DNA of 64,000 bases. Origin: Verrucomicrobiia bacterium. GTDB taxonomy: Bacteria; Verrucomicrobiota; Verrucomicrobiia; JABWAM01. Below the pieces are notes generated by a model. The model searched no databases. It was not told the DNA's origin and saw nothing but the letters and a program-made list of their open reading frames with translations. Where the stretch lies: assembly GCA_028687435.1 (NCBI GenBank), contig JAQUAF010000022.1, forward strand, positions 398-64,397. The letters run 5' to 3'. Positions 18,741 to 26,942 of this stretch are shown piece after piece (position 1 is the stretch's first letter; each line of letters starts with the position of its first letter). The position numbers were made by a program, and so were the translations under genes.

Positions 18741-19300
18741 TTTGCCACCTTTGGCGGTTCCATTCGCATGAATTGGAAGGTCTGCCGGTTGCGGTTGATG
18801 AAACGGAAAAAGAAGTCGCGCTCGATTTTGGACAGAATGCTCGAAGCCTGCAAATGATGATCGCTGACCGAAAGTGTTGCCCGCGGTTTGAGGACGCGAT
18901 GAATGGCCGCCAGAATGTCCGACATGGAATGGGTGTCCGGATAAATATGAATCACATCGTAAAGAAGCGCCACGTCCACGCTGTGTTCAGGCACTTCGCC
19001 GATCCGGTTCCGGTGGAGGGGAAGCAGATGACCGGCCTTTTGGCGGACGGCGGCGCGACGGACAAAATCCAATGCCGCAGGCTGGATATCGACCGCGTAA
19101 ACGCGCCCCTTTGGCCCGACAATGCGCGCCGCGGCGAGGGCGAATCCTCCCGGACCGCATCCGAAGTCCAGGACGCTCATGCTTTCCTGAATACCGGCAT
19201 TCAGGAGCACCTTTGCCGGGGAACGAAACAGGTCGCGCAGGCGAATCGCCAGGAGTTCCAGACCATAGGTGAAACGGTTGTGTTGACGCCTTTCTCTCAT
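18737..19300 (-). CDS. class I SAM-dependent methyltransferase
   Basis: Motif I VLDFGCGPGGFA followed by VYAVDIQ. ATG 19300 forms an ATGA overlap with the upstream stop. Confidence 0.75.
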   Translation of the reverse strand: MRERRQHNRFTYGLELLAIRLRDLFRSPAKVLLNAGIQESMSVLDFGCGPGGFALAAARIVGPKGRVYAVDIQPAALDFVRRAAVRQKAGHLLPLHRNRIGEVPEHSVDVALLYDVIHIYPDTHSMSDILAAIHRVLKPRATLSVSDHHLQASSILSKIERDFFFRFINRNRQTFQFMRMEPPKVAK

Positions 19301-19659
19301 GACCAATGCCCTTCGACATCGGCGGATTCCGCTGTCTTCAATTTTCCCGAACGGAATTGTTCGATGGCATCGGATACGGCTCCGCTGGCGCCGACAACCA
19401 CTTGAACATTTGCCGCTTGCAAGGCCCGGAAAGCCTTTGGGCCGCAGTGTCCGGTAATGACAACCTTTGCTCCCGAGCGGGAAACGTTTTCGGCGGATTG
19501 GATGCCGGCGCCTTGGGCGGCATTCAGGTTTTTGGTGTTATCCACCACGCTGAAGGTTTGTTTCTCGGTATCAAAGAGGATGAACCGGGCGGCCCGTCCG
19601 AAACGGGGATCGACCTGTGAATTCAGATCCGCACCGCTTGCTGAAATGGCAATTTTCAT
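19297..19659 (-). CDS. NifB/NifX-family (dinitrogenase FeMo-cofactor-binding-like) small protein
   Basis: MKIAISASGADLNSQVDPRFGRAARFILFDT...VITGHCGPKAFRAL, typical of this family. The upstream 97 codons of the listed ORF are Arg/Gly-rich junk. Confidence 0.75.
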   Translation of the reverse strand: MKIAISASGADLNSQVDPRFGRAARFILFDTEKQTFSVVDNTKNLNAAQGAGIQSAENVSRSGAKVVITGHCGPKAFRALQAANVQVVVGASGAVSDAIEQFRSGKLKTAESADVEGHWS

Positions 19660-19691
19660 GAATCTTTCCGATTTTTGAAGTTTGTGGCCGA

Positions 19692-20129
19692 TTATTCCAT
19701 CCATCGGGAAAAGCATCGTCCCCGGCGGACGCCATGCCCCGGCATGGATCCGGTTTTTTGCGGGGCCTTCCACCAAGGACCCCGTCCAAATCCGCGGCCG
19801 CAGCATCCAGGCATGGCAAAATCCGCCGAAGTCAGACGATCCTCCAGAAAAGCCCGGATGACTTCTTCCGCCTCGCCCGCGACAAAGGGCGTCACCACGA
19901 TGCCTTGCATGGCCAGCATTTGAGCCAGCGGTTGGGAAACCGCCCCGCAAATGAGGGCTTCCACCTTCAATTTTGCCAGTTGCGCGGCCTTGTCCAAAGG
20001 GTCGGTTTTCAAAGCCGTTTCCTTCCGGCGGATGACCTTCCGGCCCTTGAGTTCCAAGAGCAGAAGCCGCCGGGCCGTGTCAAACACCGGCGAAATCCGT
20101 TGATTGTGAATGGCCATGGCGAGTTTCAT
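19692..20129 (-). CDS. NifB/NifX-family protein with Cys/Gly/Arg-rich C-terminal tail
   Basis: MKLAMAIHNQRISPVFDTA...ALICGAVSQPLAQML. Tail MPGCCGRGFGRGPWW resembles DUF5320-type G/R/C tracts. Confidence 0.7.
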   Translation of the reverse strand: MKLAMAIHNQRISPVFDTARRLLLLELKGRKVIRRKETALKTDPLDKAAQLAKLKVEALICGAVSQPLAQMLAMQGIVVTPFVAGEAEEVIRAFLEDRLTSADFAMPGCCGRGFGRGPWWKAPQKTGSMPGHGVRRGRCFSRWME

Positions 20130-20144
20130 GTCTCAGAGGAATAA

Positions 20145-20160
20145 AGCATGTTCCATGCCA
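20145..20160 (-). promoter_or_regulatory. sigma-54 (-24/-12) promoter candidate for the NifX-like operon
   Basis: Minus strand reads TGGCAT-GGAAC-ATGCT (GG-N10-GC). Lies 15 nt upstream of ATG 20129. Confidence 0.55.
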
Positions 20161-20479
20161 TTGCTGATTCGTGATTGTTGACCGGTTGTTTTATCCTTTG
20201 TGCCGGACAAACGGTCTGAATCTTCAAAAATTGAGTCGCGGGATTACGACCGGATGGAAGTGAGGAGTCGCAAATTTGAGGCGCTAAAACAAGGTGATGG
20301 GATTGATTTTTGCGATTTCAATCCTTTTTTGAATGCTGCGAGCGATGCCGCCACCGCAGGCGAATGTTCCATGGCAGTTTCATTATGGGGTTGGATTAGG
20401 ATTGGCCAGTGTTTGAGGTTTTTGGAGCCTTTGTCATGCTGGAAGAGAAAATGAGTGATACTGACAGGAATCCTGTCCC

Positions 20480-21862
20480 TTATTTGTTCTGAAGAGAGGC
20501 TTTGACGAGATTGGCCCCCATGTTCCACATTTCCCCCGGAAATTTATAACATTCCGACAGTGTGGCATCCATGGCCTTGACAATGCGATCAATCTCTTTT
20601 GATCCGATAATCAACGGCGGCGTGATTTTTATTACGTCCATTTGGTGGCCCGTTACCTGGGTCAGGATGCGATGATCGCGCAATAATGGAATCACCACCA
20701 TTTGGGCGAAAAGTCCTTTCTCGGCCGCCTGGAAAATTTTCCATGCCATTCGCAATTTTAGCGACTGTGGTTTGGCAAATTCAATCGCAACCATCAGGCC
20801 TTTGCCGCGGATCTCTTTGATGAATTCATGCCGGGGCATCAGCGCCTTGAGTCCGCTCATCAGGGAGGCGCCCATTTTTTCGGAGTTTTCAACCACCTTT
20901 TCCGCGTCCATGACATGAAGGGTGGCAAGGGCGGCCGCCATGGCCATGTTGTTGCGGCCAAACGTGGTGGAGTGCACGACGCAATGGTGCATGCTGTTGA
21001 AGGTCCGATCATGAATCTCCCGGCGCAGCAAAATTGCCCCACAGGGGACCAAGCCTCCGCTAAGGCTTTTAGCCAGAGTTACAATATCCGGTTCCAGATT
21101 CCAATGCTCGAACGAGTAAAAACGTCCGGTTCGTCCCAAGCCGGTTTGCACCTCGTCGCAAACCAGCAATGTGCCATGTTTCCGGCAAAGTTCCTGGGCT
21201 CGCGGCCAGAAATTTGCGTTCCGCGGGTGGTGGACTGTTTTGCCTTGGATCGGTTCAATGAAAAACGCGGCGTGCTTGCGGGTGGCCAATTCGCGTTCCA
21301 ATGCGGCAACGTCATCCAGATCAACGGCCTGTGAAGGCAAAAGCGAGCCAAAGCGGTTTTTGAAAACATGGCTGCCGTTCATTGATAGGGCGCCGGTTGA
21401 AAGACCGTGAAAAGCCTTGTGGCAATAAAGCAAGCTTTCGCGTCCCGTGAAACAACGCGCGAATTTGATGGCGCCTTCAACCGCCTCGGTGCCGGTATTG
21501 CAGAGGAATACGGCGTTGAGATGCGGAGGAGAACGCTTGACCAATGCCTCGGCCAGCGCTCCACTTAAGAGAGAACAATCCATCTGCACCATATTGGGCA
21601 TGTCGCGATCCAGCAAATTCCGCAGGGTTTGTTTGACGACCGGATGATTGCGCCCGATGTTGACCGCCCCGTATCCGCCAAGACAATCCAAAAAGTCCCT
21701 TCCTTCCCGGTCGTAAAGATAGGCGCCTTGGGCGCGTGAATAAACCTTGTCAAAACCAATGGTTTTAAGAACCTTGACCAACGAGCGATTTAAATATCGG
21801 TCGTGGAGATCGTAATTTTCACCAAGCCGGTTATTGATTATTTCCAAAATGTCAAAATTCAT
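20480..21862 (-). CDS. class-III (acetylornithine/GABA/putrescine-type) PLP aminotransferase
   Basis: 460 aa. GGYGAVNIGRNHP, LVCDEVQTGLGRTGRF, and PLP-lysine context DIVTLAKSLSGG. Confidence 0.85.
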   Translation of the reverse strand: MNFDILEIINNRLGENYDLHDRYLNRSLVKVLKTIGFDKVYSRAQGAYLYDREGRDFLDCLGGYGAVNIGRNHPVVKQTLRNLLDRDMPNMVQMDCSLLSGALAEALVKRSPPHLNAVFLCNTGTEAVEGAIKFARCFTGRESLLYCHKAFHGLSTGALSMNGSHVFKNRFGSLLPSQAVDLDDVAALERELATRKHAAFFIEPIQGKTVHHPRNANFWPRAQELCRKHGTLLVCDEVQTGLGRTGRFYSFEHWNLEPDIVTLAKSLSGGLVPCGAILLRREIHDRTFNSMHHCVVHSTTFGRNNMAMAAALATLHVMDAEKVVENSEKMGASLMSGLKALMPRHEFIKEIRGKGLMVAIEFAKPQSLKLRMAWKIFQAAEKGLFAQMVVIPLLRDHRILTQVTGHQMDVIKITPPLIIGSKEIDRIVKAMDATLSECYKFPGEMWNMGANLVKASLQNK

Positions 21863-21967
21863 GGTTTTTTCTGTAAAGGTTCGATTTCAGGGGGGCGCCG
21901 GGTTTCGTCAATGTCGTGTTTTTCCGGTTGTTGCATCTTATCGCTCTTTTCAGAAAAGAGGGAAGAA

Positions 21968-21983
21968 AGCAGGCGAAATGCCA
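21968..21983 (-). promoter_or_regulatory. sigma-54 promoter candidate for the aminotransferase gene
   Basis: Minus strand reads TGGCAT-TTCGC-CTGCT, ~105 nt upstream of ATG 21862. Confidence 0.55.
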
Positions 21984-22158
21984 AGCGCCAATCCGGGAAG
22001 GAAATGGTGGAAGAAGGAGCTCACCGGCGGCCAGATGAACGGGTGCAGAGTCGCAGTTTTGCGTCTTTTGAGATGAAAACGGTTGCGGAATTGCGATAAG
22101 AAATGATTCGAGTCCATAAATTTCGGGATTTTCATGCTTTAGGGGCGTTTTTGCGGAT

Positions 22159-22174
22159 TGGCACATGGTCTGCT
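22159..22174 (+). promoter_or_regulatory. sigma-54 promoter candidate for the hydrogenase-large-subunit-like gene
   Basis: TGGCAC-ATGGT-CTGCT, 15 nt before ATG 22190. Divergent from the 21968 site. Confidence 0.5.
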
Positions 22175-22189
22175 TGCTTTACTGAAGAT

Positions 22190-23425
22190 ATGAGCAAGGT
22201 CACCATTCCCATCGGGCCGCAGCATCCGGCGTTAAAGGAGCCGGAGAGTTTTATTCTGACGTTGAACGGAGAGAAGATTTATAAAATGGATATGCGCCTG
22301 GGTTACAACCACCGGGGCATTGAAAAAGCCTGCGAAGAACGGACCTATATTCAGAGCATGTACCTTCTCGAACGCGTTTGCGGCATCTGTTCTCATTCTC
22401 ATTCAACGGCGTTTGTTCAAGCGGTGGAGGAACTTGCCGGTTTGCAGGTTCCCAAGCGGGGGCTTTACATTCGCACGCTTATCGCCGAATTGGAGCGCAT
22501 CCACAGCCATCTTCTGTGGTTGGGGGTGGCGGCCCACGAGGTGGGGTTTGACACGCTCCTGATGTATGTGTGGCGCGACCGGGAAATTGTGATGGATCTT
22601 TTGTCGGAGATCTCGGGCAGCCGCGTCAATTATGCGATGAACACCATTGGAGGGGTCCGCCGGGACGTCACTCCCGAGCAAACGCGGCGGGTGTTGAAAG
22701 CCATGGACGCGCTTGAGGAGCGCACCAAGTATTACATTCAGGTGGCCGCCGAGGAAACCACGTTGATTTCGCGCCTTTCCAATGTCGGTTATCTTTCGCA
22801 TGAGGACGCCTTGCGTCTGGGCGCTGTGGGGCCGACCGCCCGAGCTTCGGGTGTTGACCAGGATACGCGGCGCGATGATCCCTATGCGGCTTACGGGGAT
22901 TTTTCGTTCAAGGTGATCACCGACCGCCACAATGATGTGTACGGAAGGGTGATTGTGCGCACGCTGGAATTGATGGAGACGTATGGCATTTGCCGCCAGG
23001 TTTGCAAAAATCTGCCGGATGGGCCCATTGCCGTGAAGGCGCCGCGAAAGATTCCATCGGGCGAGGCATTGAGCCGCTACGAGGCGCCGAGGGGAGAGGA
23101 TGTGCACTATGTGAAGTCCAATGGAACGGACAAGCCCGAACGGGTGAAGGTCCGCGCGCCGACCCTGGCCAATCTGCAGGCGGTCAGCAAGATGATGGAA
23201 AAAAACCGTCTGGCCGACGCGCCCATCATCATTGCGGCGATTGATCCTTGTTTCTCCTGCACTGATCGCGCCATTGAGATAAGAAATCCACAAGATGGCG
23301 TCCGGGACGTCATGACATGGGAGCGCATGCAAAAGCGCGGCGTCGAGTGGTACCGCCGCCAGGGCATTGACTTTGCCGGGGCGAACAAGCGGCTTGAAAA
23401 AAGAATGGAAAAGCTAACGCGGTAA
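22190..23425 (+). CDS. group-4-type [NiFe]-hydrogenase large subunit / NuoD-family homologue
   Basis: IPIGPQHPALKEPESF N-terminus. N-terminal Ni-Fe ligand motif RVCGICSHSH. C-terminal DPCFSCTDR followed by a ~50-aa extension. Start taken at MSKVTIPIG. Confidence 0.75.
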   Translation: MSKVTIPIGPQHPALKEPESFILTLNGEKIYKMDMRLGYNHRGIEKACEERTYIQSMYLLERVCGICSHSHSTAFVQAVEELAGLQVPKRGLYIRTLIAELERIHSHLLWLGVAAHEVGFDTLLMYVWRDREIVMDLLSEISGSRVNYAMNTIGGVRRDVTPEQTRRVLKAMDALEERTKYYIQVAAEETTLISRLSNVGYLSHEDALRLGAVGPTARASGVDQDTRRDDPYAAYGDFSFKVITDRHNDVYGRVIVRTLELMETYGICRQVCKNLPDGPIAVKAPRKIPSGEALSRYEAPRGEDVHYVKSNGTDKPERVKVRAPTLANLQAVSKMMEKNRLADAPIIIAAIDPCFSCTDRAIEIRNPQDGVRDVMTWERMQKRGVEWYRRQGIDFAGANKRLEKRMEKLTR

Positions 23426-23451
23426 AATGAAAGGCCGGGGAGTTCCGAATC

Positions 23452-25284
23452 GTGAATGAATTCGATCTTTTGAGACATTCCTGCGCCCATGTCATGGCCG
23501 CGGCCATCGCCAGGCTCTGGCCGGATGCCCAATTCGCCGCCGGACCGGCCGTGGAAAACGGTTTTTATTACGATGTTGAACTTGAACATCGGATCAGTCC
23601 CGCGGATTTCGACAAGATCGAGGCGGAAATGCGCCGGCTGGTTGAGAATGATCTTCCGTTTCAAAAAATCGAGGTCACCCGCGCCAATGCGACGGATTGC
23701 GCAAAACGGGGGAGGCTGGCGGCGCTGGGAGATCGTCCGGTTCCAAGCAAATACAAGCTGGATATTCTGGATGGCATTTCCGGCGGCGTGGCGGTCAGCC
23801 TGTATCAGTGCGGCGATTTCATTGATTTGTGTTCGGGGCCGCATGTCGAACGGACCGGCGTCATTGAAGCATTCAAGCTGACCGGAGTGGCCAGCGCTTT
23901 CTACAAAGGGGATGAAAGCAGCCCCCAGTTGCAGCGGATTTACGGGACGGCTTTTCCGCGCAAAGCGGATCTCGACGCTTATTTTGCGATGTTGGAAGAA
24001 TCCAAAAAACGCGACCATCGCAAATTGGGCCGCGATTTGGAGTTGTTTCTTTTGGATGATTTGACGGGTCCGGGGCTGGTGCTCTGGCAACCCAAAGGCG
24101 CCATTATCCGGCAGGAACTTCAAAATTTCATCAGCGAGGAGTTGCGCCTTCAGGGGTATGATCAGGTTTTTACGCCTCACATTGGCAATCTGCAACTCTT
24201 CCGGACTTCGGGGCATTTTCCCTATTATCAGGAGTCGCAATATCCTCCGCTGGTCGAACGTGAAGTTTTGAGCCGGTTGGCCCGGGAGGGATGTTCGTGC
24301 GCCGATCTGAGCAACCGTCTTAAAGAGGGAACCGTTGAGGGGTTCCTTCTCAAGCCAATGAATTGTCCGATGCATATTCGCATCTTTGCCAGCCGTCCGC
24401 GTTCCTACCGCGAGTTGCCCGTCCGCCTTGCGGAGTTTGGCACGGTCTACCGGTGGGAGCAATCCGGTGAACTTAATGGAATGACTCGTGTTCGCGGCTT
24501 TACCCAGGATGACGCGCATATTTTCGCCGCGGAGGATCAACTTGCGGGCGAATTGCTCGCCTGTCTGAAATTGGTTCAGAAGGTTTTTACAACACTTGGA
24601 ATGAAGGATTACCGCATCCGGATTGGTCTTCGCGATCCGCACAGCGACAAATATGCCGGATCGCCGGAAAATTGGTCGCGCGCCGAGAACGCCTTGCGCG
24701 AAGCGGCGGCAACGCTCGCGTTTTCCCATGCCGAGGAGATTGGGGAAGCGGCGTTCTACGGTCCCAAAATAGATTTTGTGATCAGGGATGTCATCGGCCG
24801 TTCGTGGCAACTTGGAACGGTCCAGGTGGATTACAATCTGCCCGAGCGCTTTGATTTGCTGTATGCCGGCGCTGATGGCGCAAAACATCGTCCGGTGATG
24901 ATCCATCGCGCGCCTTTCGGAAGCATGGAACGGTTTTGCGGGATGTTGATCGAGCATTACGGCGGGGCCTTTCCAGTATGGCTGGCGCCGGAACAGGCGC
25001 GGATTTTGCCGATTACGGATGCGCAGACATCCTGGGCGCGCGAGGTTTGCCGGCGTTTGTTTGATCAGGGAATCCGGGTGACTGTGGATGAAAAAAATGA
25101 CAAAATTGGCGGCAAGATCAGGAATGCCCAACTCGAAAAAATTCCATACATGCTGATTGTCGGCGCGCGTGAAATGTCTGGACGGCAGGTGGCGTTGCGC
25201 ACCCGGGCGGGGGGGGATGAGGGAGCCGTGGGTGTGGACGCATTGGTGAGCCGGATTCTTGCCGAAATCCGCTCGCGCCAGTGA
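23452..25284 (+). CDS. thrS: threonine--tRNA ligase (lacks the N-terminal TGS domain)
   Basis: LLRHSCAHVMAAAI editing-domain motif at the very N-terminus. Class II core FRTSGHFPYY, RVRGFTQDDAHIF. Anticodon-binding C-terminus. GTG start. Confidence 0.9.
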   Translation: MNEFDLLRHSCAHVMAAAIARLWPDAQFAAGPAVENGFYYDVELEHRISPADFDKIEAEMRRLVENDLPFQKIEVTRANATDCAKRGRLAALGDRPVPSKYKLDILDGISGGVAVSLYQCGDFIDLCSGPHVERTGVIEAFKLTGVASAFYKGDESSPQLQRIYGTAFPRKADLDAYFAMLEESKKRDHRKLGRDLELFLLDDLTGPGLVLWQPKGAIIRQELQNFISEELRLQGYDQVFTPHIGNLQLFRTSGHFPYYQESQYPPLVEREVLSRLAREGCSCADLSNRLKEGTVEGFLLKPMNCPMHIRIFASRPRSYRELPVRLAEFGTVYRWEQSGELNGMTRVRGFTQDDAHIFAAEDQLAGELLACLKLVQKVFTTLGMKDYRIRIGLRDPHSDKYAGSPENWSRAENALREAAATLAFSHAEEIGEAAFYGPKIDFVIRDVIGRSWQLGTVQVDYNLPERFDLLYAGADGAKHRPVMIHRAPFGSMERFCGMLIEHYGGAFPVWLAPEQARILPITDAQTSWAREVCRRLFDQGIRVTVDEKNDKIGGKIRNAQLEKIPYMLIVGAREMSGRQVALRTRAGGDEGAVGVDALVSRILAEIRSRQ

Positions 25285-25319
25285 TGTGAACCATGGATTA
25301 TTCAACAAAGGAGATGATT

Positions 25320-25598
25320 ATGCCAGGAGGAGATGGAACAGGACCGATGGGTATGGGACCTTTGACAGGCCGCGGAAGGGGGAGGGGATGCGGAATGGGG
25401 ATGGGACAGGAAATGGGACGCCGCCGTCAAAGACAAAACGTGGTTTTGCCCGGGCCCGCGCCCGAGCCGCCGGATGTTGAGGATGCCGATGAAGATTCCA
25501 TTGAAGTCCTGCAGGAACAAATGGCGGTTTTGGCCGGCCAAATGCAAGCCATTCAACAACGGTTGCATGCCTTGAAGGGCAAGGCAAAGAAACCCTAA
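25320..25598 (+). CDS. DUF5320-family protein
   Basis: MPGGDGTGPMGMGPLTGRGRGRG N-terminus plus a C-terminal coiled coil. AAAGGAG RBS 6 nt before ATG 25320 (in-frame ATGs also at 25293 and 25314). Confidence 0.7.
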   Translation: MPGGDGTGPMGMGPLTGRGRGRGCGMGMGQEMGRRRQRQNVVLPGPAPEPPDVEDADEDSIEVLQEQMAVLAGQMQAIQQRLHALKGKAKKP

Positions 25599-25603
25599 GG
25601 CTT

Positions 25604-26236
25604 ATGCAAGAGTTTCTTGGTCCGACTCTTGCCGGCATTTGTTGCAGCCCCCGAAAGGGACGCGCCACATTTGAAGCCATGACCGTTTGTTTGGAATCCG
25701 CCCGTCAAGCAGAGCCTTCCATCAACACCGTATTGATTGAGCTTGCCGGGCGGCAGATAGGCCATTGCATTGCCTGCGACACCTGCCGGAAAGGGTTGAA
25801 CTGCGGTTTGACTGACGATTTCAGTGATCTGATTTCCATGCTGTCCGCGCCATCCATGATCGGAATCATTATCGGCACACCGGTTTATGTGGGAAACATG
25901 ACTGCCCAATGCAAGGCGTTTTTGGATCGTTCTGTGGTTTTCCGCCGCAACGGATGGCTTTGGCGCGACAAGATTGGAGGCGTTTTGGCGGTTGGCGCTG
26001 TCCGCAATGGAGGGCAGGAACTTGCGATTCAGTCGGTGCGGGCTGCCATGCTCTGTCACGACATGATTTGCATCAGCGAAGGCGGAGGCACTTCGCATTT
26101 CGGCGCCGCATTGGTGAGCGACCAGGCTGGCAGCGTCAGGAATGACGATCAAGGATTGGCCTTGGCGCGAAATCTTGGATCCCGGGCGGCGCGACTGGCT
26201 GTTCAATTGAAACGCGGTTTTGCAACAGCAGGCTGA
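25604..26236 (+). CDS. iron-sulfur flavoprotein / NADPH-dependent FMN reductase-like flavodoxin-fold protein
   Basis: Compact Cys cluster HCIACDTCRKGLNC. GTPVYVGNMTAQCKAFLDR. GGVLAVGAVRNGGQE. Confidence 0.7.
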   Translation: MQEFLGPTLAGICCSPRKGRATFEAMTVCLESARQAEPSINTVLIELAGRQIGHCIACDTCRKGLNCGLTDDFSDLISMLSAPSMIGIIIGTPVYVGNMTAQCKAFLDRSVVFRRNGWLWRDKIGGVLAVGAVRNGGQELAIQSVRAAMLCHDMICISEGGGTSHFGAALVSDQAGSVRNDDQGLALARNLGSRAARLAVQLKRGFATAG

Positions 26237-26382
26237 CGCATGGTTGCAAAAATGCGACCTTGTGCCAGCCATCCTTGATGTTAAGGAAATTCAATGTTTT
26301 CGGATGAAAATGAAATTGAGTCGAGCACTTGTCCCGCCATAGCTCGCAGAGCGAAGGAGGATCGTGCATCGAGCGTCAAACT

Positions 26383-26399
26383 GCCGCGCCCGGCGCGGC
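26383..26399 (+). terminator. GC-rich palindrome followed by a T-rich tract (possible intrinsic terminator after the flavoprotein gene)
   Basis: GCCGCGCC-C-GGCGCGGC followed by TTAATTTAT. No folding energy was computed. Confidence 0.35.
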
Positions 26400-26444
26400 T
26401 TAATTTATCCGATGCAAACCCTGCGCATTTTTCCATCCGGGGTT

Positions 26445-26460
26445 TGGCATCGCGCCTGCT
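26445..26460 (+). promoter_or_regulatory. sigma-54 promoter candidate for the DUF5320 / radical SAM / thioesterase unit
   Basis: TGGCAT-CGCGC-CTGCT, ~50 nt upstream of the GAAAGGAG RBS and ATG 26510/26516. Confidence 0.55.
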
Positions 26461-26515
26461 CTTGGTTGCGATGGATACGCAGTATGAAAACAAAAAAACA
26501 GAAAGGAGCATGATT

Positions 26516-26878
26516 ATGCCACGAGGAGATGGAACAGGTCCGATGGGAATGGGTCCCAGGAGCGGCCGCGCAATGGGATTTTGCGCGGGTTATCAAATGC
26601 CAGGATGCATGAACGGGGGGGGAGGATGGCGTGGGTTTGGCGGAGGACGCGGATGGAGGAACAGGTTTTTGGCCACCGGCATGCCGGGATGGCAGCGCGC
26701 GGCAATGGGGATGCAGGCTTTTGACGGCGGAAATTATCCGCCCCAGGCCATTCCCCAAGTGATGAGCCGGGAACAGGAAATCGAAATGCTCAAGGCCCAG
26801 GCGGAATTCCTGCAAAAACAGGTTGAGGCCGTCCATGAACGCCTGAGGGAAACGCAAAAAGAGTCCAAAAACAAGTGA
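26516..26878 (+). CDS. DUF5320-family protein (paralogue)
   Basis: MPRGDGTGPMGMGPRSGRAMGFCAGY, a G/R/W-rich middle region, and a C-terminal coiled coil EIEMLKAQAEFLQKQVEAVHERL. Same RBS/ATGATTATG arrangement as 25320. Confidence 0.7.
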   Translation: MPRGDGTGPMGMGPRSGRAMGFCAGYQMPGCMNGGGGWRGFGGGRGWRNRFLATGMPGWQRAAMGMQAFDGGNYPPQAIPQVMSREQEIEMLKAQAEFLQKQVEAVHERLRETQKESKNK

Positions 26879-26942
26879 TGCCATCGGGGAGTTCGCACAG
26901 GGCGGACTCCCCGGCGGAATTTATTCTCCCATCCCGCGGCAC

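Noticed and set aside
23452-23640. ThrRS beginning directly at the editing-domain HSCAH motif (no TGS domain) as a possible truncation or pseudogene
   Set aside because: The rest of the enzyme is complete and in frame. The upstream 26 nt leave no room for a lost domain. TGS-less ThrRS forms are plausible natural variants, so this is noted only in the feature call.
23107-25308. 733-aa ORF antisense to thrS
   Set aside because: It is an exact shadow of a confidently identified ThrRS gene. Its translation is Arg/Pro/Gly/Ala-rich with no recognisable motif. This is a typical GC-rich antisense open frame.
26294-26515. N-terminal extension that would make the second DUF5320 protein 194 aa
   Set aside because: The extension runs through repeat/hairpin sequence and across the sigma-54 promoter candidate. 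A strong GAAAGGAG RBS and the paralogue's architecture support the start at 26510/26516.
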